Shown here piece after piece: positions 1-9,511 of a DNA stretch of 64,000 nt. Every line of letters starts with the position of its first letter. The stretch's first letter is position 1. Origin of the DNA: a virus. The stretch spans positions 34,425 through 98,424 of the IMG/VR virus record IMGVR_UViG_3300025132_007932. One strand, written 5' to 3'. The position numbers were made by a program, and so were the translations under genes. The notes under the pieces were generated by a model. It had not been told where the DNA came from. It ran no database searches and worked only from the letters and a program-made list of their open reading frames with translations.

Positions 1-2
1 CA

Positions 3-407
3 GAGGAATTGAAAGCAGCAATTTTACAAGGTCGCTCAATTTCTCTTTGTTTTTCAAAGTATAGAGTGCTCTCATCTGGTATTGTCACCGGTGTTTTGCC
101 TATTGCTACTGGCATTGCGATGGATATCAAGCGTCAGGGTGGTAAAAACAAGGTCTATTGCTTTATGGGAGAGATGACATCTGAAACAGGTGTGGCTCAT
201 GAATGCATCAAGTATGCCAGAAACCATAAACTTCCAATTCACTTTATTGTTGAGGACAACGGAAAGTCAGTGTGTACTGATACTCGTGCTACTTGGGCAA
301 TGGAAAAGCTTACTTATGAAGATGTAAATGATGAATACATCACATACTACAAATATAACTTAGACAAATACCCGCACGCTGGTGCTGGAAAGAGAGTGCA
401 ATTCTAA
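3..407 (+). CDS. ThDP-dependent dehydrogenase E1 alpha-like subunit (5' truncated)
   Basis: Frame is open from the window edge (EELKAAI...). SGIV.G.LPIATGIA, ThDP motif variant MGEMTSETG...LPIHFIVEDN, C-terminal YPHAG. Confidence 0.85.
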   Translation, partial: EELKAAILQGRSISLCFSKYRVLSSGIVTGVLPIATGIAMDIKRQGGKNKVYCFMGEMTSETGVAHECIKYARNHKLPIHFIVEDNGKSVCTDTRATWAMEKLTYEDVNDEYITYYKYNLDKYPHAGAGKRVQF

Positions 408-946
408 TGGGAGCTTATTTCGACGAATTAAAAAGAGCAATGACTTACTTAGGCGAACAACAAGACACCTTGTTCATAGGCCAAGCCGTTGCTTATAAAG
501 GCACAGCAATGACCAACACTTTATCAGATGTAGACCGACAAAAGTTGATTGAAATGCCGGTCGATGAAGAGATGCAAATGGGAATGACCACGGGACTAGC
601 AGTCAATGGAACAGTACCAGTTAGCATCTACCCGAGATGGAACTTTCTTTTGTGTGCAGTAAATCAATTAGTAAACCATCTCGATAGAATGAAGGAGTTT
701 TCTCACGGAGAATATGTGCCGAAAGCAATCATTCGTGTTGGGATTGGCTCTGTTCGACCTTTAAATCCTCAAGTGCAGCACACTGGCGATTTTACACAAG
801 TTTTTAGAGGAATGTTGCGAAACACCGAGGTTATTAGATGTGATGAGCCAGAAGATATTTTCCCTGCATACTACAAGGCATACAACAGAACCGATGGTAA
901 AAGCACAATTATTGTAGAATACGGAGACTATTATGGAGAAAAATAA
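407..946 (+). CDS. ThDP-dependent E1 beta / transketolase pyrimidine-binding subunit (no C-terminal domain)
   Basis: IEMPVDEEMQMGMTTGLAVNG, NQLVNH and QH motifs; TAATG-coupled to the alpha subunit. Confidence 0.85.
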   Translation: MGAYFDELKRAMTYLGEQQDTLFIGQAVAYKGTAMTNTLSDVDRQKLIEMPVDEEMQMGMTTGLAVNGTVPVSIYPRWNFLLCAVNQLVNHLDRMKEFSHGEYVPKAIIRVGIGSVRPLNPQVQHTGDFTQVFRGMLRNTEVIRCDEPEDIFPAYYKAYNRTDGKSTIIVEYGDYYGEK

Positions 947-1892
947 CCCAAAAGTCCTATTTGTAACCGAGAAGTGGTGTGACGCAGACCCAGCGAAAGG
1001 GTTGACAAACAACTATCACAACTTATTCAAGACATTTTCTACAGTTCTCCCAGATGCAAAGTTTAGTATCATACACTTGGATGAATATTCAGCGGTTAAA
1101 AAGAAGCATATAGATGGATTCTTGCCGATTCTTGTCGATAGGCTTGAGCCAGATGTTGTTGTCTTCTCTCTTTTGGGAAAATCTCACTTAAACCCCACAG
1201 AGAGCAGCTATGAGCATATTAAATCCAAAGGCTGTAAGACAGTTTTTATGTGGCCTGATATGTTTGAGGGCTGGGGAATTCCACAGATAGAAGAATTTAA
1301 TGATGCAGGCTTTGCTGATTTACATGTTTGTTGGGGCTCAGAAAGAAATCTTTCTCAGGAATATGATAATCTGATTTGGCTATGGGCCCCGCAAGATGAA
1401 ACAATGTATTATCCAGTCGAAGATTCTGAGAAGACAATTAATGTTAGTTTTCTGGGATCTCCACGCTATGCCGAGAGACAAAGATACTTGACACACTTAT
1501 TGACTAGTGGAACTGAAGTTAACATTGGCGGCGGTCAGAGAGAAGAAGGATTACCAGCGATTAAATATGCAGAATTGATGAGAAGTTCAAGGATTAATTT
1601 AAATTTTCCCGAAGGGCCTGAAGGTAACGACCAGTGTAAGGGAAGAGTTTGGGAAATTTTAGCCACAAAGTCTCTTCTGCTTGAAAGAGCGAATGAGGCA
1701 ACTAAGAGCTTTCTGGTACCGGGCGAGCACTACGTTGAGTTTAAAGACGAAAATGATTTAATAGATAAAATAAACTATTATCTCGACAACCCAGAAGAAA
1801 GAAGTTATATTGCACAAAACGGATATAACATTTACAAAGAAAAATACAATGCAAGAGTATTCTGGAATACGATTATGGAGAAATTAGGATGA
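933..1892 (+). CDS. GT-B glycosyltransferase (CgeB/YkvP, Glyco_trans_1_2-like)
   Basis: C-terminal VSFLGS..R, SRINLNF, KGRVWEILAT, PGEHYVEF..DLIDKINYYLDNPEER..IAQNGY. Confidence 0.8.
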   Translation: MEKNNPKVLFVTEKWCDADPAKGLTNNYHNLFKTFSTVLPDAKFSIIHLDEYSAVKKKHIDGFLPILVDRLEPDVVVFSLLGKSHLNPTESSYEHIKSKGCKTVFMWPDMFEGWGIPQIEEFNDAGFADLHVCWGSERNLSQEYDNLIWLWAPQDETMYYPVEDSEKTINVSFLGSPRYAERQRYLTHLLTSGTEVNIGGGQREEGLPAIKYAELMRSSRINLNFPEGPEGNDQCKGRVWEILATKSLLLERANEATKSFLVPGEHYVEFKDENDLIDKINYYLDNPEERSYIAQNGYNIYKEKYNARVFWNTIMEKLG

Positions 1893-2719
1893 GTTATAAA
1901 TATGATGTTTCAATATTGATGCCGGCAATTAGAACACACCAATGGTTGATGATGTATGGTAGCCTTTTTAACGCCTGCAAAGAACACACTTGGGAATTAG
2001 TCTTGGTTAGTCCGTTCGATTTGCCACCGGAAATGCAGCACTTTGACAATGTAAAGCTAATCAAGGATTATGGAGCCCCAACCAGAGCCGCACAAATAGG
2101 TGCCTTGCAATGTGAGGGTGAATATATGTATCACTGCGTTGATGATGCAATCTTTTTACCAGACGCAATAGATACCGCTGTCAATATTTTAAGAACTCAC
2201 GGCACTAGAAAAGATGTGGTCAATATGAGATATCGTGAGGGAGCCATGTATTCGGGCCAAACATTGCCAATGGGCTTTTGGACTGCTCACTTTCACGGAG
2301 AACTACAGCTTCCAGGTATACCCAGAGACTATAAAATTTCTCTACATCATTTTATGAGAATGGATTATTTTAAGGAGCTTGGCGGTTGGGACTGTTCTTA
2401 TGAATATATTAACCACCCTCTGCATGATCTTATGTTTAGAGTTCAAGCCGACGGTGGCCGCCTCTTTGATTCTCCCACAGATGCAACGACGTGCAATCAC
2501 TACGTTAATAAGTCAGTAGACCACGCACCAATCTATGATGCACAAACATTTTCAGATAAGCCCAGGTTTGATGCGATCTACACACAACCTGGAAACCCAG
2601 CATCGACAAGAATTAAAATTGATTTAGATAACTGGCAACAAACGCCACCAATCTGGAAGAGGCGTTTTGAGTTTAAAGATGGTAAGCTTCCACAAAGCTA
2701 TAAGGAGCTTGGATATTAA
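1889..2719 (+). CDS. GT-A (GT2-like) glycosyltransferase, paralog 1
   Basis: DVSILMPAIR, ELVLVSP, acidic motif CVDDA, LGGWDCSYE. Confidence 0.75.
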   Translation: MSYKYDVSILMPAIRTHQWLMMYGSLFNACKEHTWELVLVSPFDLPPEMQHFDNVKLIKDYGAPTRAAQIGALQCEGEYMYHCVDDAIFLPDAIDTAVNILRTHGTRKDVVNMRYREGAMYSGQTLPMGFWTAHFHGELQLPGIPRDYKISLHHFMRMDYFKELGGWDCSYEYINHPLHDLMFRVQADGGRLFDSPTDATTCNHYVNKSVDHAPIYDAQTFSDKPRFDAIYTQPGNPASTRIKIDLDNWQQTPPIWKRRFEFKDGKLPQSYKELGY

Positions 2720-3504
2720 TGGATATAGGTGTTGTAGGGGTTGGAGTAGTTGGAGGAGCCTGTAAATTTGGTTTTGAATTATTAGGGCACGATGTGTCGG
2801 TTCATGATATTAGGTTAGATACAACGCTAACTGATGTAATGGATTCGGAGGTTGTATACATCTGCGTTCCAACCCCCCGAGCAGATGACGGCTCCTGTGA
2901 CATTAGCATCGTGCGGGAAGTAATATTAGAGCTAAAAGAACGCGGATATACCGGAATAGTGGCGATAAAATCAACAGTTGTTCCTGGAACAACAGAATCC
3001 CTCAGAGAAGAGACTGGGTTGAATGTTTGTTTTGTCCCAGAGTTTTTGAGAGAGCGCTGCGCAATAACTGATTTTACTGAAAATCACGATGTCTGCATTA
3101 TAGGATGCAGTGACGATGAAACATATGAGTTATTGAAGGCTTGTCACGGCTCGTTGCCAGAAAAGTTCGTCAGATTGACACACGCCGAAGCGGAGTTTTG
3201 TAAGTATTTCAACAATGTATACAATGCAATGTTGATTATTTTTGCTAACAGCTTCTACGAAGCGTGTAAAATTAGTGGAGTAAATTATACCAATGTTAAG
3301 AATGCAGTTGTTAATCGCAAACATATTCACGGAAACTACCTTGAATGTAATGATAATTTCAGAGGTTTTGGTGGCATGTGTTTACCTAAAGATGTGTCCG
3401 CTATGGCCAAGTTAATGGAAAATAGCGATGTAGATTTTTTTGAAGATCTTTTAGATGAAAATAGCAAATATAAAGTAACTGTTTTCAAGGGTATGCGAAA
3501 ATGA
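2719..3504 (+). CDS. ugd: UDP-glucose/GDP-mannose 6-dehydrogenase family, short form lacking the C-terminal domain
   Basis: GVGVVG Rossmann motif, ICVPTP, KSTVVPGTT, PEFLRE, AEFCKYFNN, catalytic FGGMCLPKD. Confidence 0.85.
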   Translation: MDIGVVGVGVVGGACKFGFELLGHDVSVHDIRLDTTLTDVMDSEVVYICVPTPRADDGSCDISIVREVILELKERGYTGIVAIKSTVVPGTTESLREETGLNVCFVPEFLRERCAITDFTENHDVCIIGCSDDETYELLKACHGSLPEKFVRLTHAEAEFCKYFNNVYNAMLIIFANSFYEACKISGVNYTNVKNAVVNRKHIHGNYLECNDNFRGFGGMCLPKDVSAMAKLMENSDVDFFEDLLDENSKYKVTVFKGMRK

Positions 3505-4484
3505 TATCGAACAAGTACGGAATTATCTTTATACACCCTCCAAAGACCGGAGGTACGTCTGTACATACAGCGCTACATCGCGATCTTGACCAAGAATGTA
3601 TGATGGCCACTGGAAAAGATTATAAGAATTTTTTTAAAAGCGATAAAAGGTACGGCACCCCCGATCTTCCCGCAGTAGAATACGAAGATGAAGTAACCCA
3701 CGTGGCGCCCTCTGATGTAGATTTTCCTTGGTGGAAACATTGGGTCCAGCTTCAAAGAGACGAAGATGCCTATTTTATGAAAACTGTTCATGCAATTGAA
3801 AAACGTTTTGAATTAGAAGGTCTAAATTTGAATACATACCCAGGGGCAATCAACAACGCATTTGGTACATCTGGATGGCAAGGTAATATAAAACATTTTC
3901 CCTTTTACGTTTGGCATCAGCTTATGACCGATCCAAGGTTTGCAGCATATAAAAGCTTTAATAAATCTTACACACCCGTTGCAACAGTTAGAAATCCTTA
4001 CAAAAGAGAATTTTCAGTGTTCTTATATTCAAAAAATAAATTTTTGCAAAATGAATCTAAAGGGCTTAGAAAAAAAGACATATCAGCATTAATTCAAAGA
4101 GAGTGGTACCATTGGACACGCAGGTGGCAGAGTCTTGGTGAAGAAACATCCCTCTTTATTAATCCTCCATCCAATCCAGACACCTACATATCCAGCCAAA
4201 CTTCATATCTACTTGCAGAGGAGCAGGAACCCGGCGCCGGCGTTCCATTGGTATCATCATTTATTCGAGCAGAAACGCTTGAACAAGATTATAATGATTT
4301 TTGTGATTTAGTGGGAATTAAAGTAAAGGGTCCTGTACCACACCTCTTGAGTAATAGCAGTAACTGGAAACAATATCTGCCAGAAAATATTGTAGACTGG
4401 TACACGGATAAAAATATTGAAGATATCCACAGAATCAGAAAGGAAGATTTTGAACTCTTAGGATATAAAAAGGAGAACAGATGA
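3501..4484 (+). CDS. Sulfotransferase (Sulfotransfer_2-like)
   Basis: 5'-PSB motif FIHPPKTGGTSV, 3'-PB motif VRNPYKREFS, RAETLEQD, terminal DFELLGY. Confidence 0.8.
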   Translation: MISNKYGIIFIHPPKTGGTSVHTALHRDLDQECMMATGKDYKNFFKSDKRYGTPDLPAVEYEDEVTHVAPSDVDFPWWKHWVQLQRDEDAYFMKTVHAIEKRFELEGLNLNTYPGAINNAFGTSGWQGNIKHFPFYVWHQLMTDPRFAAYKSFNKSYTPVATVRNPYKREFSVFLYSKNKFLQNESKGLRKKDISALIQREWYHWTRRWQSLGEETSLFINPPSNPDTYISSQTSYLLAEEQEPGAGVPLVSSFIRAETLEQDYNDFCDLVGIKVKGPVPHLLSNSSNWKQYLPENIVDWYTDKNIEDIHRIRKEDFELLGYKKENR

Positions 4485-5497
4485 GTAAAGTATTAATCAC
4501 AGGCAGCCAAGGGTTCATAGGCTCATACCTTTGTGCTGAATTTTTAGATAAGGGATACAAAGTTATTGGTATTGATAACTTTTCTAAATACGGCCCTATC
4601 ACACGACCACACGATAGTCATCCAAATTTCGAATTGATTGAGATGGATGTAATTGATTTGGATCCAGAGAATTTACCAGACCAGCTTTTGGACGTTGAAT
4701 ACATTATTGCTGGTGCTGCAATGATTGGAGGCATCACATATTTTCATAAATATGCTTATGATTTATTGGCAACAAATGAAAGGATTATGGCGTCGACTTA
4801 CGACGTCGCAATCAAGCTACATCAGCTTGGAGTCTTGAAAAGAATCCTTGTGGCATCAAGCAGTATGGTGTTTGAGAACACGGAAGTATATCCTACACCC
4901 GAAGAAAATGTCATAGTATGCGCACCACCACTTAGCACCTATGGTTTCCAAAAGCTGGCTGTTGAATATTTTGCAAAAGGCGCCTTCGAGCAGTACGGAG
5001 TGCCTTACACTATCATCCGTCCATTTAATTGTGTTGGTGTAGGTGAAGAAGACGCTATCGGAGAACATGAAGTAAAGTCTGGTAATATTAAATTAATGAT
5101 GAGCCATGTTCTCCCGGACATCATCAACAAGATTTTAAAAGGTCAGGACCCGCTCCACGTTCTCGGTACTGGCGAACAAATTCGTTGCTACACAAACGGA
5201 AAAGACATTGCAAGAGGCGTTAGAATGTGCCTCGAAAGCGAAGCGGCTGTCAATGAAGACTTCAATATATCTACGCCGGTTGCCACGTCTGTCATTGAAT
5301 TGGCACAATTGGTCTGGAACATTTTGAATCCGGACAAAGAGTTTTCAATTGTATCGGACGAAGCCTACGAATATGACGTCCAGAGGCGAATTCCTAATGT
5401 CACCAAGGCAAAAAAGTTGATTGGTTTTGAAGCGGAAATAGGTTTGGAAGAATCTGTCCGAGAAGTAATCGAATATATGAGGCAACAAAGTGAGTAA
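4481..5497 (+). CDS. Extended SDR NAD-dependent nucleotide-sugar epimerase/decarboxylase (UDP-GlcA decarboxylase-like)
   Basis: TGSQGFIG, ASSSMVF, YGFQK (YxxxK), RPFNCVG, GTGEQIRCY, DVQRRIP. Confidence 0.8.
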   Translation: MSKVLITGSQGFIGSYLCAEFLDKGYKVIGIDNFSKYGPITRPHDSHPNFELIEMDVIDLDPENLPDQLLDVEYIIAGAAMIGGITYFHKYAYDLLATNERIMASTYDVAIKLHQLGVLKRILVASSSMVFENTEVYPTPEENVIVCAPPLSTYGFQKLAVEYFAKGAFEQYGVPYTIIRPFNCVGVGEEDAIGEHEVKSGNIKLMMSHVLPDIINKILKGQDPLHVLGTGEQIRCYTNGKDIARGVRMCLESEAAVNEDFNISTPVATSVIELAQLVWNILNPDKEFSIVSDEAYEYDVQRRIPNVTKAKKLIGFEAEIGLEESVREVIEYMRQQSE

Positions 5498-6278
5498 ACC
5501 AGAAGTATCTTTAATTCTGCCTAGCATCAGGACCGAGAGATTACCAAAATTATATGAAACAATTCTAAAATCTACAAAGAGAGATTTTGAATTAGTAATC
5601 TGCGGGCCAAACCCCCTACCAGAAGAACTAAAAGAGAAGAGAAATGTCAAATACGTAAAAGATTATGGCTCACCAGTACGTGCGTCTAATATAGCTGCGT
5701 CATTATGTGAGGGTAAAGTTTACACCTGGTTAGCAGATGATTGTTTGTTTTTTGATGATTCACTTGACAAATGCTTAGATATGTTTTATGATATGGGTAC
5801 GGCTAAGAACAATGTTCTTGTTGCAAAATATTTCGAAGGACAAGAGGGAAGCACGGAAAGACAAACATTACAGCCAGACAGTTACTTTAGAGTAAACAGC
5901 ACACCCGCGGGTTCTCCACACATACCAAATGAGTGGTGGTTATTCAATATTGGATTTATGTATGCTGATTTCTTTAATTCTCTTGGAGGTTGGGATTGTA
6001 GCTATGAAGGCACTTGGGCCTCTCACGCTGATATGGCAATCCGCGCTCAATACTTGGGAGCAAATGTGAAGATGGCCGACGTTCCGCTTTTTGTCTGTGA
6101 TCATATGCCCGGAGGCACCGGTGATCATATGCCTATATTTATTTGTCAACATCAGCATGATGAACCTCTGCTACAAGAAAAATACAGAGATCCAAATTGG
6201 ACATTGAATGTTAGACCAAAACTTAAATTAGAAAATTGGAAAGAAGCCCCCGCGGTTTGGAAAAGGAGATTTGAATAA
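5490..6278 (+). CDS. GT-A (GT2-like) glycosyltransferase, paralog 2
   Basis: VSLILPSIR, LADDC, LGGWDCSYE, WKRRF; GTG start. Confidence 0.75.
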   Translation: MSKPEVSLILPSIRTERLPKLYETILKSTKRDFELVICGPNPLPEELKEKRNVKYVKDYGSPVRASNIAASLCEGKVYTWLADDCLFFDDSLDKCLDMFYDMGTAKNNVLVAKYFEGQEGSTERQTLQPDSYFRVNSTPAGSPHIPNEWWLFNIGFMYADFFNSLGGWDCSYEGTWASHADMAIRAQYLGANVKMADVPLFVCDHMPGGTGDHMPIFICQHQHDEPLLQEKYRDPNWTLNVRPKLKLENWKEAPAVWKRRFE

Positions 6279-7057
6279 TGAACTACGATTTGTCAATATG
6301 TTTACCCGCACACAGAACACACTTGTGGGAAAGATTATATGAATCTGCAATTGAGGCTATCGGAGATGAGTACACTTGGGAATTAATTATGGTAGGCCCA
6401 AATGACCCCCCAGAGTCTCTAGCCAAAAAAGATAATTTCAAGTTCTTCAAAGATTTTGGACACCCATCACGTTGTGCACAAATTGCCACTTCGTTAGCAG
6501 AGGGCGAACTTATGATGTGGGGTTCTGATGATGGTTATTTTCTTAAAGACTCAATCAAAGAATGCCTAGATATGAGAAAGCAAAAGGGCCTGGGTCAGAG
6601 AGACATTATAATAATAAAGTATGCAGAAGGTAGAGGAATCAGTGGTCAATGTCCAGAGGATAGTTACTGGACTGCTTGGACCCACCCAGATCTTCGTCTT
6701 CCTGGTGTGCCGCAAGATTATAAAATTACGCTATTGGCAATGTATGACTTAAGATACTTTAGGTATTTAGGCGGCTTCGATTGTTCTTTTGAACATTTAA
6801 ACATGAACACTCACGATCTTTCATTTAGAGCACAGAGAGACGGCGCAAGAATACATTTCTCTCCAAATTTGGTGCTAACCTGTGACTGGAATCCGAATGA
6901 AGGAGATCACGTACCGGTGCAAGCTGCATATGAAGAAAATGACGGCCCACTATTTCACGCACTCTACAGTATACCCAGACCTCAAAGAATAAGAATTGAT
7001 TATTTTAATTGGTATAGATCTAGCAGGATCTGGAAGAGGAGATTCGGCGATGGCTAA
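6278..7057 (+). CDS. GT-A (GT2-like) glycosyltransferase, paralog 3
   Basis: LSICLPAHR, GSDDG, LGGFDCSFE, WKRRF. Confidence 0.75.
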   Translation: MNYDLSICLPAHRTHLWERLYESAIEAIGDEYTWELIMVGPNDPPESLAKKDNFKFFKDFGHPSRCAQIATSLAEGELMMWGSDDGYFLKDSIKECLDMRKQKGLGQRDIIIIKYAEGRGISGQCPEDSYWTAWTHPDLRLPGVPQDYKITLLAMYDLRYFRYLGGFDCSFEHLNMNTHDLSFRAQRDGARIHFSPNLVLTCDWNPNEGDHVPVQAAYEENDGPLFHALYSIPRPQRIRIDYFNWYRSSRIWKRRFGDG

Positions 7058-7982
7058 AACTGTATTGGTTACTGGAGGCCGCGGCCTTGTGGGTTCTGCA
7101 ATTAAAGCACTGAAGAACGACTATAAAGATCTAAGCTTTATATTCACAGGTCGTCAAGCTCATGATCTAACTTGTGAAAGCGATGTAAAAGCTTTGTTTG
7201 AAGAAGTAAAGCCAGACTATGTTATCCACACAGCAGCAAGAGTGGGGGGTATCGGAAGAAATCTCGCAACTCCCGCACAACAGTATTACGCCAATATACT
7301 TATGAATGCTTTTGTTATTCATTACGCCCAGTTAAGCGGTGTAGAAAAGCTTCTAGCCTTCTCATCAGTGTGTGCCTTCCCTGCAGGTGCAGAAAGCCTT
7401 CACGAAGACATTCTGCACGATGGTGAGCCATATCCTGCGCATTACTCATATGCGTATTCAAAGAGGATGGTAGATGTCCAAATAAAAGCATATAATCAAC
7501 AATATGGAGTAAATTATTGTTCTGTTATTCCTGGGAATATTTTTGGCGAAAACGATAATTTCAATTTAGAAGATGGTCATGTTGTTCCTTCGCTCGTACA
7601 TAAGTGTTATAAAGCCAAAAAAGAGGGCACCGCTCTGCAAGTATGGGGAGATGGAACACCCTACAGAGAGTTTTTGTACGCAAAAGATGTCGCACGTGCT
7701 TGTGTTGATTTACTGCAATTAGATGGGGAACTTCCACAAAGAGTAATTGTGTCTGGAGAGCGAGAAACACAAATTAAGGATTTAGTAAAATTGGTCTGCG
7801 ATGCTTTCGACTATCATAATGTGGAATGGTTAACAGAAAAGCCAAATGGACAATTAAGAAGGCCAACAAATAAAGAAATATTTGCAAACACACTACCAGA
7901 TTTTCAATACACTAGCTTGGAAAAAGCTATGAAAAACACAGTAAAGTGGTTTGAGAAAAATTACCCCAACGTGAGATTATGA
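7050..7982 (+). CDS. fcl: GDP-L-fucose synthase / GDP-colitose synthase (ColC)-like epimerase-reductase
   Basis: TGGRGLVG, HTAARVGGI, SSVC, YAYSK, HVVPSL, WGDGTPYREFLY. Start moved from 6996 to the ATG at 7050, which follows a GAGGAG SD. Confidence 0.88.
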   Translation: MAKTVLVTGGRGLVGSAIKALKNDYKDLSFIFTGRQAHDLTCESDVKALFEEVKPDYVIHTAARVGGIGRNLATPAQQYYANILMNAFVIHYAQLSGVEKLLAFSSVCAFPAGAESLHEDILHDGEPYPAHYSYAYSKRMVDVQIKAYNQQYGVNYCSVIPGNIFGENDNFNLEDGHVVPSLVHKCYKAKKEGTALQVWGDGTPYREFLYAKDVARACVDLLQLDGELPQRVIVSGERETQIKDLVKLVCDAFDYHNVEWLTEKPNGQLRRPTNKEIFANTLPDFQYTSLEKAMKNTVKWFEKNYPNVRL

Positions 7983-8950
7983 AAACAGCATTAATTACAG
8001 GAATCAATGGTCAAGATGGTTCATACTTGGCTGAGTTTTTATTAGAAAAAGGCTACAATGTACACGGCATTGTAAGAAGAAACTCGATACCAGAAAACCA
8101 AACAGCCAGAATTCAACATATTTATGATGAAATTAAAAACAATATATATCACGCAGATGTCTGTGATATGTCCTCTTTGTTATCTGTAATAAACGACGTC
8201 GAACCCGATGAGATTTACAATTTAGCAGCACAAAGTCATGTTAGAATTAGCTTTGATCAGCCGATATATACGTTAAACTCTATTGGCACGGGCACCTTGA
8301 ATTTACTTGAGGTTGTTCAACTAACTGGTTGTGAAGCAAAGATTTATCAAGCAAGCTCTTCTGAGATGTTTGGGAACTCAATTGACCCAGATGGTTTTCA
8401 AAGAGAATCGACACCGATGAATCCAGTAAGTCCTTATGCTTGCGCAAAATTATTGGCTTACAATCTTATCAAATGTTATCGAGAGTCTTATGATATGTTT
8501 GCTTCGAATGGAATTTTGTTTAATCATGAGTCTCCCCGCCGCGGAGGTAATTTTGTAACAAACAAGGTTGTAATGGGGGCCGTAAGAATAAAGAAGGGGT
8601 TGCAAAAAGAACTGGTTTTAGGAAACTTAGATAGCACCCGTGATTGGGGTCACGCCAAAGATTATGTAAAAATTATGTGGCAGATTCTACAACTAGAAGA
8701 ACCCGACGATTATGTTTGTGCGACAGGTGTATCTCATTCTGTTAGAGAGCTGTGTGAATATACATTTAGTCAACTGGGGATGGATTATCGAGACTACGTG
8801 GTCCAAGACGAGAAGTTCTTTAGACCCACAGAATTGGTTGACCTAAAAGGTGATCCCGCAAAATTAGGAAATGTTATTGATTTAAACTTTGAGTATACTT
8901 TTGATAAAATGATAGACGAAATGATCGAACACTGGATGGAGAGGTTGTAA
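7979..8950 (+). CDS. gmd: GDP-mannose 4,6-dehydratase
   Basis: ALITGINGQDGSYLAE, YNLAAQSHV, QASSSEMFG, SPYACAK, LFNHESPRRG, RDWGHAKDY. Confidence 0.95.
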   Translation: MKTALITGINGQDGSYLAEFLLEKGYNVHGIVRRNSIPENQTARIQHIYDEIKNNIYHADVCDMSSLLSVINDVEPDEIYNLAAQSHVRISFDQPIYTLNSIGTGTLNLLEVVQLTGCEAKIYQASSSEMFGNSIDPDGFQRESTPMNPVSPYACAKLLAYNLIKCYRESYDMFASNGILFNHESPRRGGNFVTNKVVMGAVRIKKGLQKELVLGNLDSTRDWGHAKDYVKIMWQILQLEEPDDYVCATGVSHSVRELCEYTFSQLGMDYRDYVVQDEKFFRPTELVDLKGDPAKLGNVIDLNFEYTFDKMIDEMIEHWMERL

Positions 8951-9501
8951 TGGTAAAGTTAAATTTAGGATGCGGTGATAGAAAAATGCACGGGTTTGTG
9001 AATGTCGACGCTAGAACAGACACCAATCCTGATGTTGTTTGTGATGTGACTCTTATAAATCAAAAATTCAAAGACGTGGATTTAATTTATGCGTGTCACG
9101 TTTTGGAGCACTTCCCTACCAAATCATTTGAATATCAAAAAAGAACTTGGCAAGACGTTTTAGATAATTGGTACGCTACGTTAAAAAAAGGTGGCGTACT
9201 AAGATTGGCGGTACCAGATATAAAGGCAGCGTGTGAGTACTATCTTATGACAAATGATTTTAAATCCGTACAGGCGCTTTTTTATGGTGGCCAAAAATAT
9301 GACTTTGATTTTCATTATCATGCCTGGAGTGAAGACACGCTTACTGAAGCTCTTTTAAATACAGGATTTGAAAAAGTAGAGAGATACGATTGGTCAAAGA
9401 CCGAACATTTTTATGTTGATGATTATAGTCAATCATACCTTCCACATATGGATAAAAAAAATGGCAAACTAATGAGTTTGAACATACAAGCAATTAAATA
9501 A
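8950..9501 (+). CDS. Class I SAM-dependent methyltransferase
   Basis: KLNLGCG, HVLEH, LKKGGVLRLAVPD. Confidence 0.85.
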   Translation: MVKLNLGCGDRKMHGFVNVDARTDTNPDVVCDVTLINQKFKDVDLIYACHVLEHFPTKSFEYQKRTWQDVLDNWYATLKKGGVLRLAVPDIKAACEYYLMTNDFKSVQALFYGGQKYDFDFHYHAWSEDTLTEALLNTGFEKVERYDWSKTEHFYVDDYSQSYLPHMDKKNGKLMSLNIQAIK

Positions 9502-9511
9502 AGGAAAAAAT

